Positions 55,071 through 62,365 of a stretch of 62,365 bases of DNA are shown here, piece by piece. Position 1 is the stretch's first letter, and the number at the start of each line of letters is the position of its first letter. The notes under the pieces are model-generated. The model ran no database searches and was not told the DNA's origin. It worked only from the letters and a program-made list of their open reading frames with translations. The position numbers and the translations under genes were made by a program. Where the stretch lies: positions 1 through 62,365 of the forward strand of contig JBLHOC010000001.1 of the NCBI GenBank assembly GCA_047620825.1, given 5' to 3'. Source of the DNA: Bacteroidia bacterium. GTDB lineage: Bacteria; Bacteroidota; Bacteroidia; NS11-12g; UBA9320.

Positions 55071-56231
55071 TTATAACTGAGCCGTTTTTAGTTTTGATTT
55101 CAAATAATGTGACTTTTCAATAGCAGCATTGAGGTCTTTATCTAAAACAGTGAAATGTCCCATTTTGCGCCCAGGCTTCGAAACAGATTTATTGTACCAA
55201 TGTAGGTAGGCACCTGGCGTCGACATGAGTTCGTCTATTCCTTCTAACTTATAATCTCCAACAACATCAGCCGAACCAACAATGTTAGTCATGACCGCTG
55301 GGGTAATAAGATCCGTATTGCCTAAAGGTAATTCGAGCATAATTCTCATAAGTTGCTCATATTGAGAAGTGTAATTTGCTTCTATGGTATGATGACCGGA
55401 ATTATGTGGACGTGGTGCAATTTCATTTATTAAGCACGTTTTATCTTGAGTTAAAAACAGTTCAACTGCAAAAATACCCACACCTTCTAACGCCTGAATT
55501 GCATTATGCGCCAAGGTTGTTGCGTCTTCCGTTATTTCAGATGACACAGCACTTGGAGCAAACAGGTAGTCCACCAAATTCATTGTAGGATCAAAAACCA
55601 TCTCAACCATCGGGAAGCTTTTAACAACACCCTTTGAGTTACGCGCTACAATCACAGATAATTCAATCACATCAGGTACAAATGCTTCGATGATCACCTC
55701 ACCTTTAAAAACATCTACCAACGTCCCATTTGTTATAGAAGTTTTAGACATGATGGAGACACCTTTTCCGTCATATCCACCCCGACAACTTTTGACGACG
55801 ACTTGATCGCCATCAAAAATGGATAGATCAATCATTTTCGCTTGATCGGGGTCTGTTAATATATAGTGAGAACTGGCTAATGCGTGTTGTTTATAAAACG
55901 CCTTTTGTTTCCCTTTGTCCTGAATTATTTCTAGGATATGTGCCGACGGAATAACCTGAGTACCTTGTGCTTCTAAATACTTAAGTGTTGCAACATCTAC
56001 GTGTTCTATTTCGTAAGTAATTACGTCGCTAATTTGAGCTAAGGCTTTAATTTTTTCGGCATCCATTAAACTGCCTTCTATAAAAGTATCAGCGTATGCG
56101 TAACAAGGACAATCAGTTGATGCTTCAAGAATATTAAAGGAAACATTCCAAGGTTTGGCACTCTCAATTAACATCTTACCCAATTGGCCACCGCCAATAA
56201 TTCCTATCGTTGTTTTAAAAGGTTGTGTCAT
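55071..56231 (-). CDS. purK: N5-carboxyaminoimidazole ribonucleotide synthase
   Basis: IGIIGGGQLGKML N-terminus and an ATP-grasp core (GYDGKGV, NEIAPRPHNSGHHT). It lies upstream of purE. Confidence 0.9.
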   Translation of the reverse strand: MTQPFKTTIGIIGGGQLGKMLIESAKPWNVSFNILEASTDCPCYAYADTFIEGSLMDAEKIKALAQISDVITYEIEHVDVATLKYLEAQGTQVIPSAHILEIIQDKGKQKAFYKQHALASSHYILTDPDQAKMIDLSIFDGDQVVVKSCRGGYDGKGVSIMSKTSITNGTLVDVFKGEVIIEAFVPDVIELSVIVARNSKGVVKSFPMVEMVFDPTMNLVDYLFAPSAVSSEITEDATTLAHNAIQALEGVGIFAVELFLTQDKTCLINEIAPRPHNSGHHTIEANYTSQYEQLMRIMLELPLGNTDLITPAVMTNIVGSADVVGDYKLEGIDELMSTPGAYLHWYNKSVSKPGRKMGHFTVLDKDLNAAIEKSHYLKSKLKTAQL

Positions 56232-56315
56232 TTTTTATACGGTTTCAAAGGTATGATTAAACAGGGACTAAAACGGATGTGTATTTTACACGATATTTGG
56301 AAAAAATCACAATAA

Positions 56316-58808
56316 ATGAAAAGATTCATAATCATATTATCAATCTCAATTATCGCATTACAACTCTCTGCGCAGTGTACGATAGTTCCTTTCAGTCTAC
56401 AAAAAAAGGTCTACATGGCGGATGTCATAGTGGAGGCCACATTGCTTCAGAAAGAAAGTTTTTGGAATGATGAACACGATTACATTCATACCACAAACTT
56501 ATTAAGGGTTTCGAGTGTGTTTAAAGGTGAAATAGTAACACAAGATATCGAGTTGATTACAGAAGGTGGTTTGGTTGCCCTAGACGCACTGGTTGTAGAA
56601 CCATCGTTACAATTACAAGTAGGGGAAGTTGGAATTTTCTTATTGAGAAAATCGAATCTTCAGTTTAAAACAAAACCGGGTATTTTTTTTCAACCTGTTG
56701 CCAGTGTTCAATCATTTTTAAAGTATGACATGATCAACCGAACGGCTCATGGATATTTTGAAAAATTCGAAAACATCAAGGGCTATTTGTTTCCATTGAT
56801 AGAAACCTATACCCAACAGAAACAACAAAAGATTGGCACTGATCCGCTCGGCATTGGTTCGATGCGGAAACTTGCAGCTCCAGTGATTACATCGATTGAC
56901 AAAGACACGTTAACCGCAGGGACACGTGAATTATTAACCATTACGGGCAGTAATTTTGGGTTCATTAAGGGAAAAGGATATTTAGAGTTTGTTGATCCTA
57001 ATTATGGAGACGGCCGATTTTATGAATTGCATTATGGCACGTCATTTAAGTCGTGGAGCAACAGCAAAATTGAAGTATATGTGCCAGCAAGGGCAGGAAC
57101 AGGTAAAATCAGAGTGACTAATAACAGTGCTGAAACAACTCAGTCTTCTAGTTCAATCGTTGTTAGATACGCTTATTCAAACTACGGATATGGTGGAACT
57201 TCATCGGTTGATTCAGGGTTGTTTTTACCAAGACACATAAACCTTAACGGAAATGGTGGATACCGCTGGACGTTGTCGGACAATTTTTCAGGAAATGAAG
57301 CTGCGGTAAATGCATTCTATAGAGCGGCGCAAAAATGGAGATGTGGTACGCTAATGAATTGGGATATATCGAATTCTACAACGACGATTAAAAAAGTGGC
57401 TTCGGACGCAATCAATATCGTAGTATTTACAAAATTTACGGACAGCAGATTGGGTGTTTGTAGTAGTTGGTATAGAGGATGTCTTCAAGGCAGTAATGCG
57501 TTTTGGTATGTCGCTGAGCTTGATATTATATTCGATTCTACGAGAAACTGGTATTATGGCACAAACAAACCAGGATCAAGTCAGTTTGATTTTGAAACTG
57601 TAGCAACACATGAATTAGGTCATGGACATCAGTTGTCTCATGTTATTGATACAAAGAAAATCATGCATTATTCACTAACAAATGGGAGTCGAAATACGAC
57701 GCTTCATCAGGATGATTTGGATGGTGGTGTATTTGTAAGCAACGAAAGTAAAAGCGGTAAATACTGTGGTAAAAATTTATATGCGTCTATCAATGTAAAC
57801 GACTGTAATATCACTAAACCAAAGGCAAAATTAGAGGTTAATATACCCTCACCATGTCCGGGCACAAGTGTTAGATTTACAGATAAAACCGAAGGAAAAG
57901 TGACGGCATATGCGTGGGACTTTGGTCAGGATGCCTCAACAGCTTCGGCAACCGGCAGTGGGCCATATGTTGTAGACTACAGCACAGCAGGCGACAAAAC
58001 AGTCAGACTTATAGCGACGAATGATTTTGGAAGTGATACGGCATATCTAATTGTAAAAGTTCAAGCAGGTACACCTGAATCGCCAATCGCGATTGTTATT
58101 GATACGACTTGTATTGGTGAAGGGAATCAAACATACGAAGTTAATGCCGTGACGGGAGCAACATCCTACATTTGGGCGCTTCCTTCAGGGGGATCTATAT
58201 TTGGTTCTAACAAAGATCGAACGGTGATCATCACTTGGAGTGCTGCGGGTAATCACGACCTAACAGTTGCTGCTAAAAATGCATGTGGCACGAGTACCGT
58301 AACCACGCAAACGGCAACGATATTAAATGACGCAAATGCTGATTTTGCAGTAATTGACGATGGAATGGACTTTGAATTCACCAACAACAGCGCCGATTAT
58401 GAGGGCCAGCAATGGTCTTTTGGAGACGGAAATAATTCGTCAGAAGGCAGCCCAAAACATACGTATGCAACACGCAACACGTACACAGTTCGACTGATTG
58501 TTTCAAATACATGTTCCGTAGATACAATTGAAAAAGAGGTAGTGGCAAAATTTAATTTGGATGTTAAGGACGTAGACAACAATAGAATTCGAATTAGTCC
58601 AAACCCGTCGTATGGGATAATAGAGATAGCAGGTGTTACAGATTATACGTTTACACTAACCAATACACTTGGCCAAATTGTGCTTGAGCGAACAAATTCT
58701 GCATCAAAAACACAGATTGATGCTCGAAACTTACCTAAGGGTGTTTATACTTATAAGATTCAAACGCCTAGTGGTGTGGCATCTTCAGGTAAGCTTATGC
58801 TTCAGTAA
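56316..58808 (+). CDS. secreted metzincin-like zinc metalloprotease with IPT/TIG-like and PKD domains and a T9SS C-terminal sorting domain
   Basis: Signal peptide MKRFIIILSISIIALQLSAQ. The zinc motif is HELGHGHQLSH, with a Met-turn candidate KKIMHYS. PKD signatures are WDFGQDAS...GDKTVRLIATN and WSFGDGNNS...YTVRLIVSN. The C-terminal domain is RISPNPSYGIIEI...GVYTYKIQTPSGVASSGKLMLQ. Confidence 0.8.
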   Translation: MKRFIIILSISIIALQLSAQCTIVPFSLQKKVYMADVIVEATLLQKESFWNDEHDYIHTTNLLRVSSVFKGEIVTQDIELITEGGLVALDALVVEPSLQLQVGEVGIFLLRKSNLQFKTKPGIFFQPVASVQSFLKYDMINRTAHGYFEKFENIKGYLFPLIETYTQQKQQKIGTDPLGIGSMRKLAAPVITSIDKDTLTAGTRELLTITGSNFGFIKGKGYLEFVDPNYGDGRFYELHYGTSFKSWSNSKIEVYVPARAGTGKIRVTNNSAETTQSSSSIVVRYAYSNYGYGGTSSVDSGLFLPRHINLNGNGGYRWTLSDNFSGNEAAVNAFYRAAQKWRCGTLMNWDISNSTTTIKKVASDAINIVVFTKFTDSRLGVCSSWYRGCLQGSNAFWYVAELDIIFDSTRNWYYGTNKPGSSQFDFETVATHELGHGHQLSHVIDTKKIMHYSLTNGSRNTTLHQDDLDGGVFVSNESKSGKYCGKNLYASINVNDCNITKPKAKLEVNIPSPCPGTSVRFTDKTEGKVTAYAWDFGQDASTASATGSGPYVVDYSTAGDKTVRLIATNDFGSDTAYLIVKVQAGTPESPIAIVIDTTCIGEGNQTYEVNAVTGATSYIWALPSGGSIFGSNKDRTVIITWSAAGNHDLTVAAKNACGTSTVTTQTATILNDANADFAVIDDGMDFEFTNNSADYEGQQWSFGDGNNSSEGSPKHTYATRNTYTVRLIVSNTCSVDTIEKEVVAKFNLDVKDVDNNRIRISPNPSYGIIEIAGVTDYTFTLTNTLGQIVLERTNSASKTQIDARNLPKGVYTYKIQTPSGVASSGKLMLQ

Positions 58809-58951
58809 CATAATTTTTTGAACGAAGGGACAATTTAAAATTAGAGCCAACCCAAAAGATTGGAATTCAGAACGTGGCTACAAATGGGGAGAGAAGAATG
58901 ATCTTGGGCATTTAAGCTAACAAAACATGGGATGCCCCTAAAGATATCTCA

Positions 58952-60430
58952 TTAACGACTATAGTTAGGAGCTTCTTTGGTTATGTTCACGTCATGTGGG
59001 TGGCTTTCGCGCATACCACTACCAGTGATTTGTGTAAATGTAGCCTGTTTTAAGTCTGATATAGTTGGAGCACCACAGTAACCCATTCCAGCTCGAAGAC
59101 CACCAACGTATTGATAAATCACCTCATTTAAGCTGCCTTTATAAGGGACTGTACCAACGATGCCTTCCGGGACCAATTTGGCTATACCAGCTTCTGCATC
59201 TTGGAAATATCGATCGCTACTGCCTTTTTTCATAGCCTCAATGCTGCCCATACCTCTGTAAGACTTCACTTTTCGACCTTCAAAAATGCTCGTTTCTCCT
59301 GGCGCTTCTTCGGTGCCAGCGAACAATGAACCTGCCATAATACAATCAGCACCTCCAACGATAGCCTTTACCAAATCCCCACTGTAACGAATACCGCCAT
59401 CAGCAATAATTGGCACACCATGTTTTTTAGCGGCTTCAGCGCATTGAATAATCGCTGACAATTGAGGAACCCCAATTCCGGCAATGATTCTTGTCGTGCA
59501 TATCGACCCTGGCCCAACACCGACCTTAATAGCATCCGCGCCAGCTTCAGCCAAAAAGTCAACGGCATCTGCTGTTGCAACGTTGCCAACAATGACTTGA
59601 AGGGTTGGATATTGACTTTTTATCTTCTTTAATTCATCTACAACACCTTTCGAATGGCCATGAGCCGTATCAAGGGTGATAACATCTACTTCTTCTTTAA
59701 CTAAGGCTTTTACACGATCCAAGGTGTCAGCCGTTACGCCTACCGCTGCACCTACTAATAGACGTCCAAACGAATCTTTCGACGATGTTGGGTGGTTTTT
59801 AACTTTCTCAATGTCCTTGAATGTGATTAACCCCTTTAATACACCATCCGAATCCACTACAGGTAATTTCTCGATTTTGTATTGTTGGAGAATGCCTTTC
59901 GCTTTGGTTAAATCTGTATCAACATCTGTTGTGATCAAATTTTCCCTCGTCATGACCTCAGAAATTGGCTTATCTAAGGTTTTTTCAAAACGTAAATCAC
60001 GATTTGTTATGATGCCTTTCAATACACCGAAATCATCAACCACTGGAATTCCACCAATTCGATGTTCTTTCATTAGAGCGAGTGCATGTTCCAAAGTTGC
60101 ATCCACTTTCAGCGTAATCGGATCTTTTATCATCCCGCTTTCAGAACGCTTCACTTTTTTGACCTCGGCAGCTTGCGCTTCGATAGACATGTTTTTGTGA
60201 ATAATGCCAATGCCGCCTTCTCGGGCAATTGCAATGGCAAGTTTGCTTTCGGTTACCGTGTCCATAGCTGCAGAAATAATCGGTAAGTTGATGGACAGTG
60301 TTTTCGTTAAACGCGTTAGCGTAGATACGTCGCGTGGCAGTACTTCTGAATATCGTGGTAACACCAAGACATCGTCGAAAGTTAGACCGTGATAAGAAAT
60401 TTTTGAGTGAGAATCGTTAGACATTTGCAA
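58952..60430 (-). CDS. guaB: IMP dehydrogenase
   Basis: [13 protein letters not shown], a tandem CBS region, the catalytic loop [12 protein letters not shown], and [13 protein letters not shown]. Confidence 0.97.
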   Translation of the reverse strand: MQMSNDSHSKISYHGLTFDDVLVLPRYSEVLPRDVSTLTRLTKTLSINLPIISAAMDTVTESKLAIAIAREGGIGIIHKNMSIEAQAAEVKKVKRSESGMIKDPITLKVDATLEHALALMKEHRIGGIPVVDDFGVLKGIITNRDLRFEKTLDKPISEVMTRENLITTDVDTDLTKAKGILQQYKIEKLPVVDSDGVLKGLITFKDIEKVKNHPTSSKDSFGRLLVGAAVGVTADTLDRVKALVKEEVDVITLDTAHGHSKGVVDELKKIKSQYPTLQVIVGNVATADAVDFLAEAGADAIKVGVGPGSICTTRIIAGIGVPQLSAIIQCAEAAKKHGVPIIADGGIRYSGDLVKAIVGGADCIMAGSLFAGTEEAPGETSIFEGRKVKSYRGMGSIEAMKKGSSDRYFQDAEAGIAKLVPEGIVGTVPYKGSLNEVIYQYVGGLRAGMGYCGAPTISDLKQATFTQITGSGMRESHPHDVNITKEAPNYSR

Positions 60431-60541
60431 ATAATTAAATGCGGCTATTATTTGCGGTGCAAATATAAATTATTACTGTACTCAAACCCACATAAATTGG
60501 TCAAAATTCTAAATGGTTTATTTTTGCCCTCTTTTCTCACT

Positions 60542-61054
60542 ATGGCAATGTATCAAACCGGTAAGCAAATAACCAAATTCACGATAAGCGGAATTATTGC
60601 GGTATTAGTTGATTTTGCTGTGTATTATGGTCTAAGTAATTTGGTTGGTAATGCTGATGACGTCTTAGCAGGGGGTCTTCATTGGAACGATTTTTACAAG
60701 GGCTTTGGATTTTTGACAGGCACCTTTGTGTCTTACAACTTAAATAAATTCTGGACTTGGAGAACTTCAGACCGCAACAACAAACGACTTGCCAACTTCA
60801 CTATCTTATACTTGGTGTCACTTGTCGTGAATATTATTATTAATAAATGGGGATTGCACACATTCCTCAATAACGAAATAGCCTTATTGTATACGAACCA
60901 TGAACAAGTGGCTGTAACACTTTTCCCATTCAAAACAGACAAGTTGTTTGCGTTTGTGCTGGCTACAGGCGTTTCAAGCGTAATCACTTTTATTGGCCAG
61001 AAATTGTGGGTTTTTAAAGATAAGAAGGCTACTGATGAGGCCGATTCAGAATAG
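60542..61054 (+). CDS. GtrA-family membrane protein
   Basis: The ATG at 60542 gives MAMYQTGKQITKFTISGIIAVLVDFAVYYGL. It has four TM helices and GtrA-like YNLNKFWTWR and GQKLWVFK motifs. Confidence 0.75.
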   Translation: MAMYQTGKQITKFTISGIIAVLVDFAVYYGLSNLVGNADDVLAGGLHWNDFYKGFGFLTGTFVSYNLNKFWTWRTSDRNNKRLANFTILYLVSLVVNIIINKWGLHTFLNNEIALLYTNHEQVAVTLFPFKTDKLFAFVLATGVSSVITFIGQKLWVFKDKKATDEADSE

Positions 61055-61403
61055 CATCATTAATGATGGCTTGACGTAGATCAAAATGTACGTCATCATC
61101 TAACGTTTCAATCTGTATGCTTTCAGGAATTGTTTTCTTTCTATGTGGTCGTCGAGGTTTATTTTCTGTGGCCTCTGAGTAGCTTGGACTAACCGGCTCA
61201 ACGCTTGCTTTTGGCGCTTCCTTCACCGGGATTGATTTCTCACTTAAATCCCTTAAAATGGATTCAATTGACCGCTGCGAGCCAGCTGCTTGTTGTGGTT
61301 TACGAGCGTTAGGGTTGGTTTGGTCCTTTTCTTTTTTATTACTATTCTTTATAAAATAATAAACTGCGAACCCGACCAGAATGAGTATCTGTTTGATATC
61401 CAT
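61029..61403 (-). CDS. hypothetical single-pass membrane protein
   Basis: 124 aa with an N-terminal TM helix (ILILVGFAVYYFI), a basic Pro/Lys-rich linker, and a C-terminal FDLRQAIINDAILNRP. Its 3' end overlaps the convergent gtrA-like gene by 26 nt. The coding call is moderate only. Confidence 0.45.
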   Translation of the reverse strand: MDIKQILILVGFAVYYFIKNSNKKEKDQTNPNARKPQQAAGSQRSIESILRDLSEKSIPVKEAPKASVEPVSPSYSEATENKPRRPHRKKTIPESIQIETLDDDVHFDLRQAIINDAILNRPHQ

Positions 61404-61484
61404 AAAACAAATGTATATAAATGGTCCGACAATATAGCGGCTCTTGGCGGATGGATTAATTTATTAGACCTTTGGGCCGTATTT

Positions 61485-61988
61485 ATGGACAGAGACTTCG
61501 AAATAGCACACAGATCAGATGTATTGGTCTTGTTACTTGGAACCAATTTGGGTGATAAACCCAATAATTTGTTAAACGCCATGGATGGGCTCAAATCTAT
61601 ATTGGGCGAGCCTGTCGAAATTTCATCGGTTTATGAAACACCACCTTGGGGTAATATAGATCAAGATGCATTTTTGAATATGGCGCTTGTGTATAATACC
61701 AACTTAAGTCCAGGTGTTTTGCTTGATTCGGTTTTAAACCTTGAATCCGAACTTGGCAGAGTCCGACAAGAGAAGTGGGGCCCGCGTTTGATCGACATCG
61801 ATATTATCTTTTATGGAAACATGGTGTATCAATCGGATATATTAGAGATTCCACACCCATACATGCATCAACGTAAATTTGTGTTGGAACCTATGAATGA
61901 GGTTGTTCCTGATTACGTTCATCCATTACTTGAAAAGACAGTGTCTCAATTGTTATTGGAGTTAATTGAATCAGAAGAAAATGCATAA
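61485..61988 (+). CDS. folK: 2-amino-4-hydroxy-6-hydroxymethyldihydropteridine diphosphokinase
   Basis: The ATG at 61485 is followed by LLLGTNLGD, SSVYETPPWG, GPRLIDIDIIFYG and IPHPYMHQRKFVLEPM. The longer listed ORF start at 61290 overlaps the divergent gene. Confidence 0.85.
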   Translation: MDRDFEIAHRSDVLVLLLGTNLGDKPNNLLNAMDGLKSILGEPVEISSVYETPPWGNIDQDAFLNMALVYNTNLSPGVLLDSVLNLESELGRVRQEKWGPRLIDIDIIFYGNMVYQSDILEIPHPYMHQRKFVLEPMNEVVPDYVHPLLEKTVSQLLLELIESEENA

Positions 61989-62365
61989 ATCATGTGTACT
62001 TCCAATGCACTTGTTCCCAAATGTAGGGTGGATGCAAGGCGTATCACATTGTAATGAAGTGATTCTGGATATTTATGAAAACTGGGTAAAGCAAAGTTTC
62101 AGAAGTCGCTACGAAATTGCGGGGCCAAATGGTAGACTAAATTTATCTGTTCCAACCATAAAGCAATCACGACAGCGACTGAAAGACGTTAAGATAAGTT
62201 ACACGGACGATTGGATCACAAATCACCTTAGAAGTGTTAAAACAGCTTATAATCGATCACCCTATTTTGAATTCTATGCCCAAGATTTTGAAACAATCTT
62301 GTTAAAAAAACATGTCTATTTGTTGGATTTAAGTTTGGAAGGGCTGACTTGGGGTTTGGACAAAT
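61981..62365 (+). CDS. WbqC-family protein, 3'-truncated by the window edge
   Basis: This ORF is missing from the supplied track because it has no stop in the window. Frame 1 is open from the ATG at 61981 to the end (MHKSCVLPMHLFPNVGWMQGV...YENWVKQSFRSRYEIAGPNGRLNLSVPTIK...YNRSPYFEFY). This matches the WbqC-like pattern Y-x-KQ-x-(F/Y)R-x-R-x-x-I...NG...LS-x-P. It overlaps the folK stop by 8 nt. Confidence 0.6.
   Translation, partial: MHKSCVLPMHLFPNVGWMQGVSHCNEVILDIYENWVKQSFRSRYEIAGPNGRLNLSVPTIKQSRQRLKDVKISYTDDWITNHLRSVKTAYNRSPYFEFYAQDFETILLKKHVYLLDLSLEGLTWGLDK

Noticed and set aside
58906-58937. GGGCAT, 20-nt loop, ATGCCC hairpin between the convergent metalloprotease and guaB genes, considered as a terminator
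   Set aside because: It has no U-tract on either strand and a large loop. This is not enough to call a terminator.
59676-60200. 174-aa ORF antisense to guaB
   Set aside because: It lies entirely opposite one of the most conserved genes in the window. The translation is Ser/Thr/Phe-rich with no motif, signal or plausible start context. Long stop-free antisense frames are a common by-product of codon bias.
1-62365. Window-wide look for tRNA, rRNA, CRISPR arrays, IS elements, integrases, toxin-antitoxin pairs or recognisable defence genes
   Set aside because: None was found by eye. There is no T-loop-like GGTTCGAAT-type sequence in the intergenic gaps and no spaced direct-repeat array. No ORF carries a transposase, recombinase, nuclease or NTPase defence signature. 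A computational scan (tRNAscan-SE, Infernal, CRISPR finders, DefenseFinder or PADLOC) would be needed to be certain.

Overview
This reads as a chromosomal segment from an AT-rich Bacteroidota genome, probably Flavobacteriia-like. The evidence is five proteins with type IX secretion (T9SS) C-terminal sorting domains, a DUF2723 membrane protein, a fused E1 alpha/beta dehydrogenase, and TTG...TAnnTTTG promoter-like boxes. I support 51 tightly packed protein-coding genes on both strands. By eye I found no rRNA, tRNA, CRISPR array, transposase, integrase or phage genes. All family names come from motif recognition in the supplied translations, because no searches could be run.

Content:
- Housekeeping genes: carB, guaB, purK-purE, mnmA, folK, rlmB, thiamine pyrophosphokinase and a fused 2-oxoacid dehydrogenase E1.
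- An arsR-DUF6428-arsC-acr3 arsenic operon. It abuts a complete cyanophycin locus of iaaA, cphB and cphA.
- Regulator pairs PadR-PspC and MarR-YceI, plus Dps, an M1 aminopeptidase and a TonB-dependent receptor.
- Several secreted or outer-membrane proteins of unknown function.

I did not find an unmistakable new multi-gene system such as a defence island. The best follow-up candidates are:
1. The vicinal-cysteine C-terminal tails shared by ArsR and the adjacent DUF6428 protein.
2. A T9SS PKD-repeat gene split by one in-frame TAA that replaces a conserved Tyr codon.
3. The ars/cyanophycin junction architecture.
4. A translationally coupled lipoprotein plus beta-barrel pair of unknown family.
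5. A 237-nt intergenic region with a promoter, hairpins and a terminator-like element on the strand opposite both flanking genes.
6. A six-fold tandem two-cysteine module in a LamG T9SS protein.
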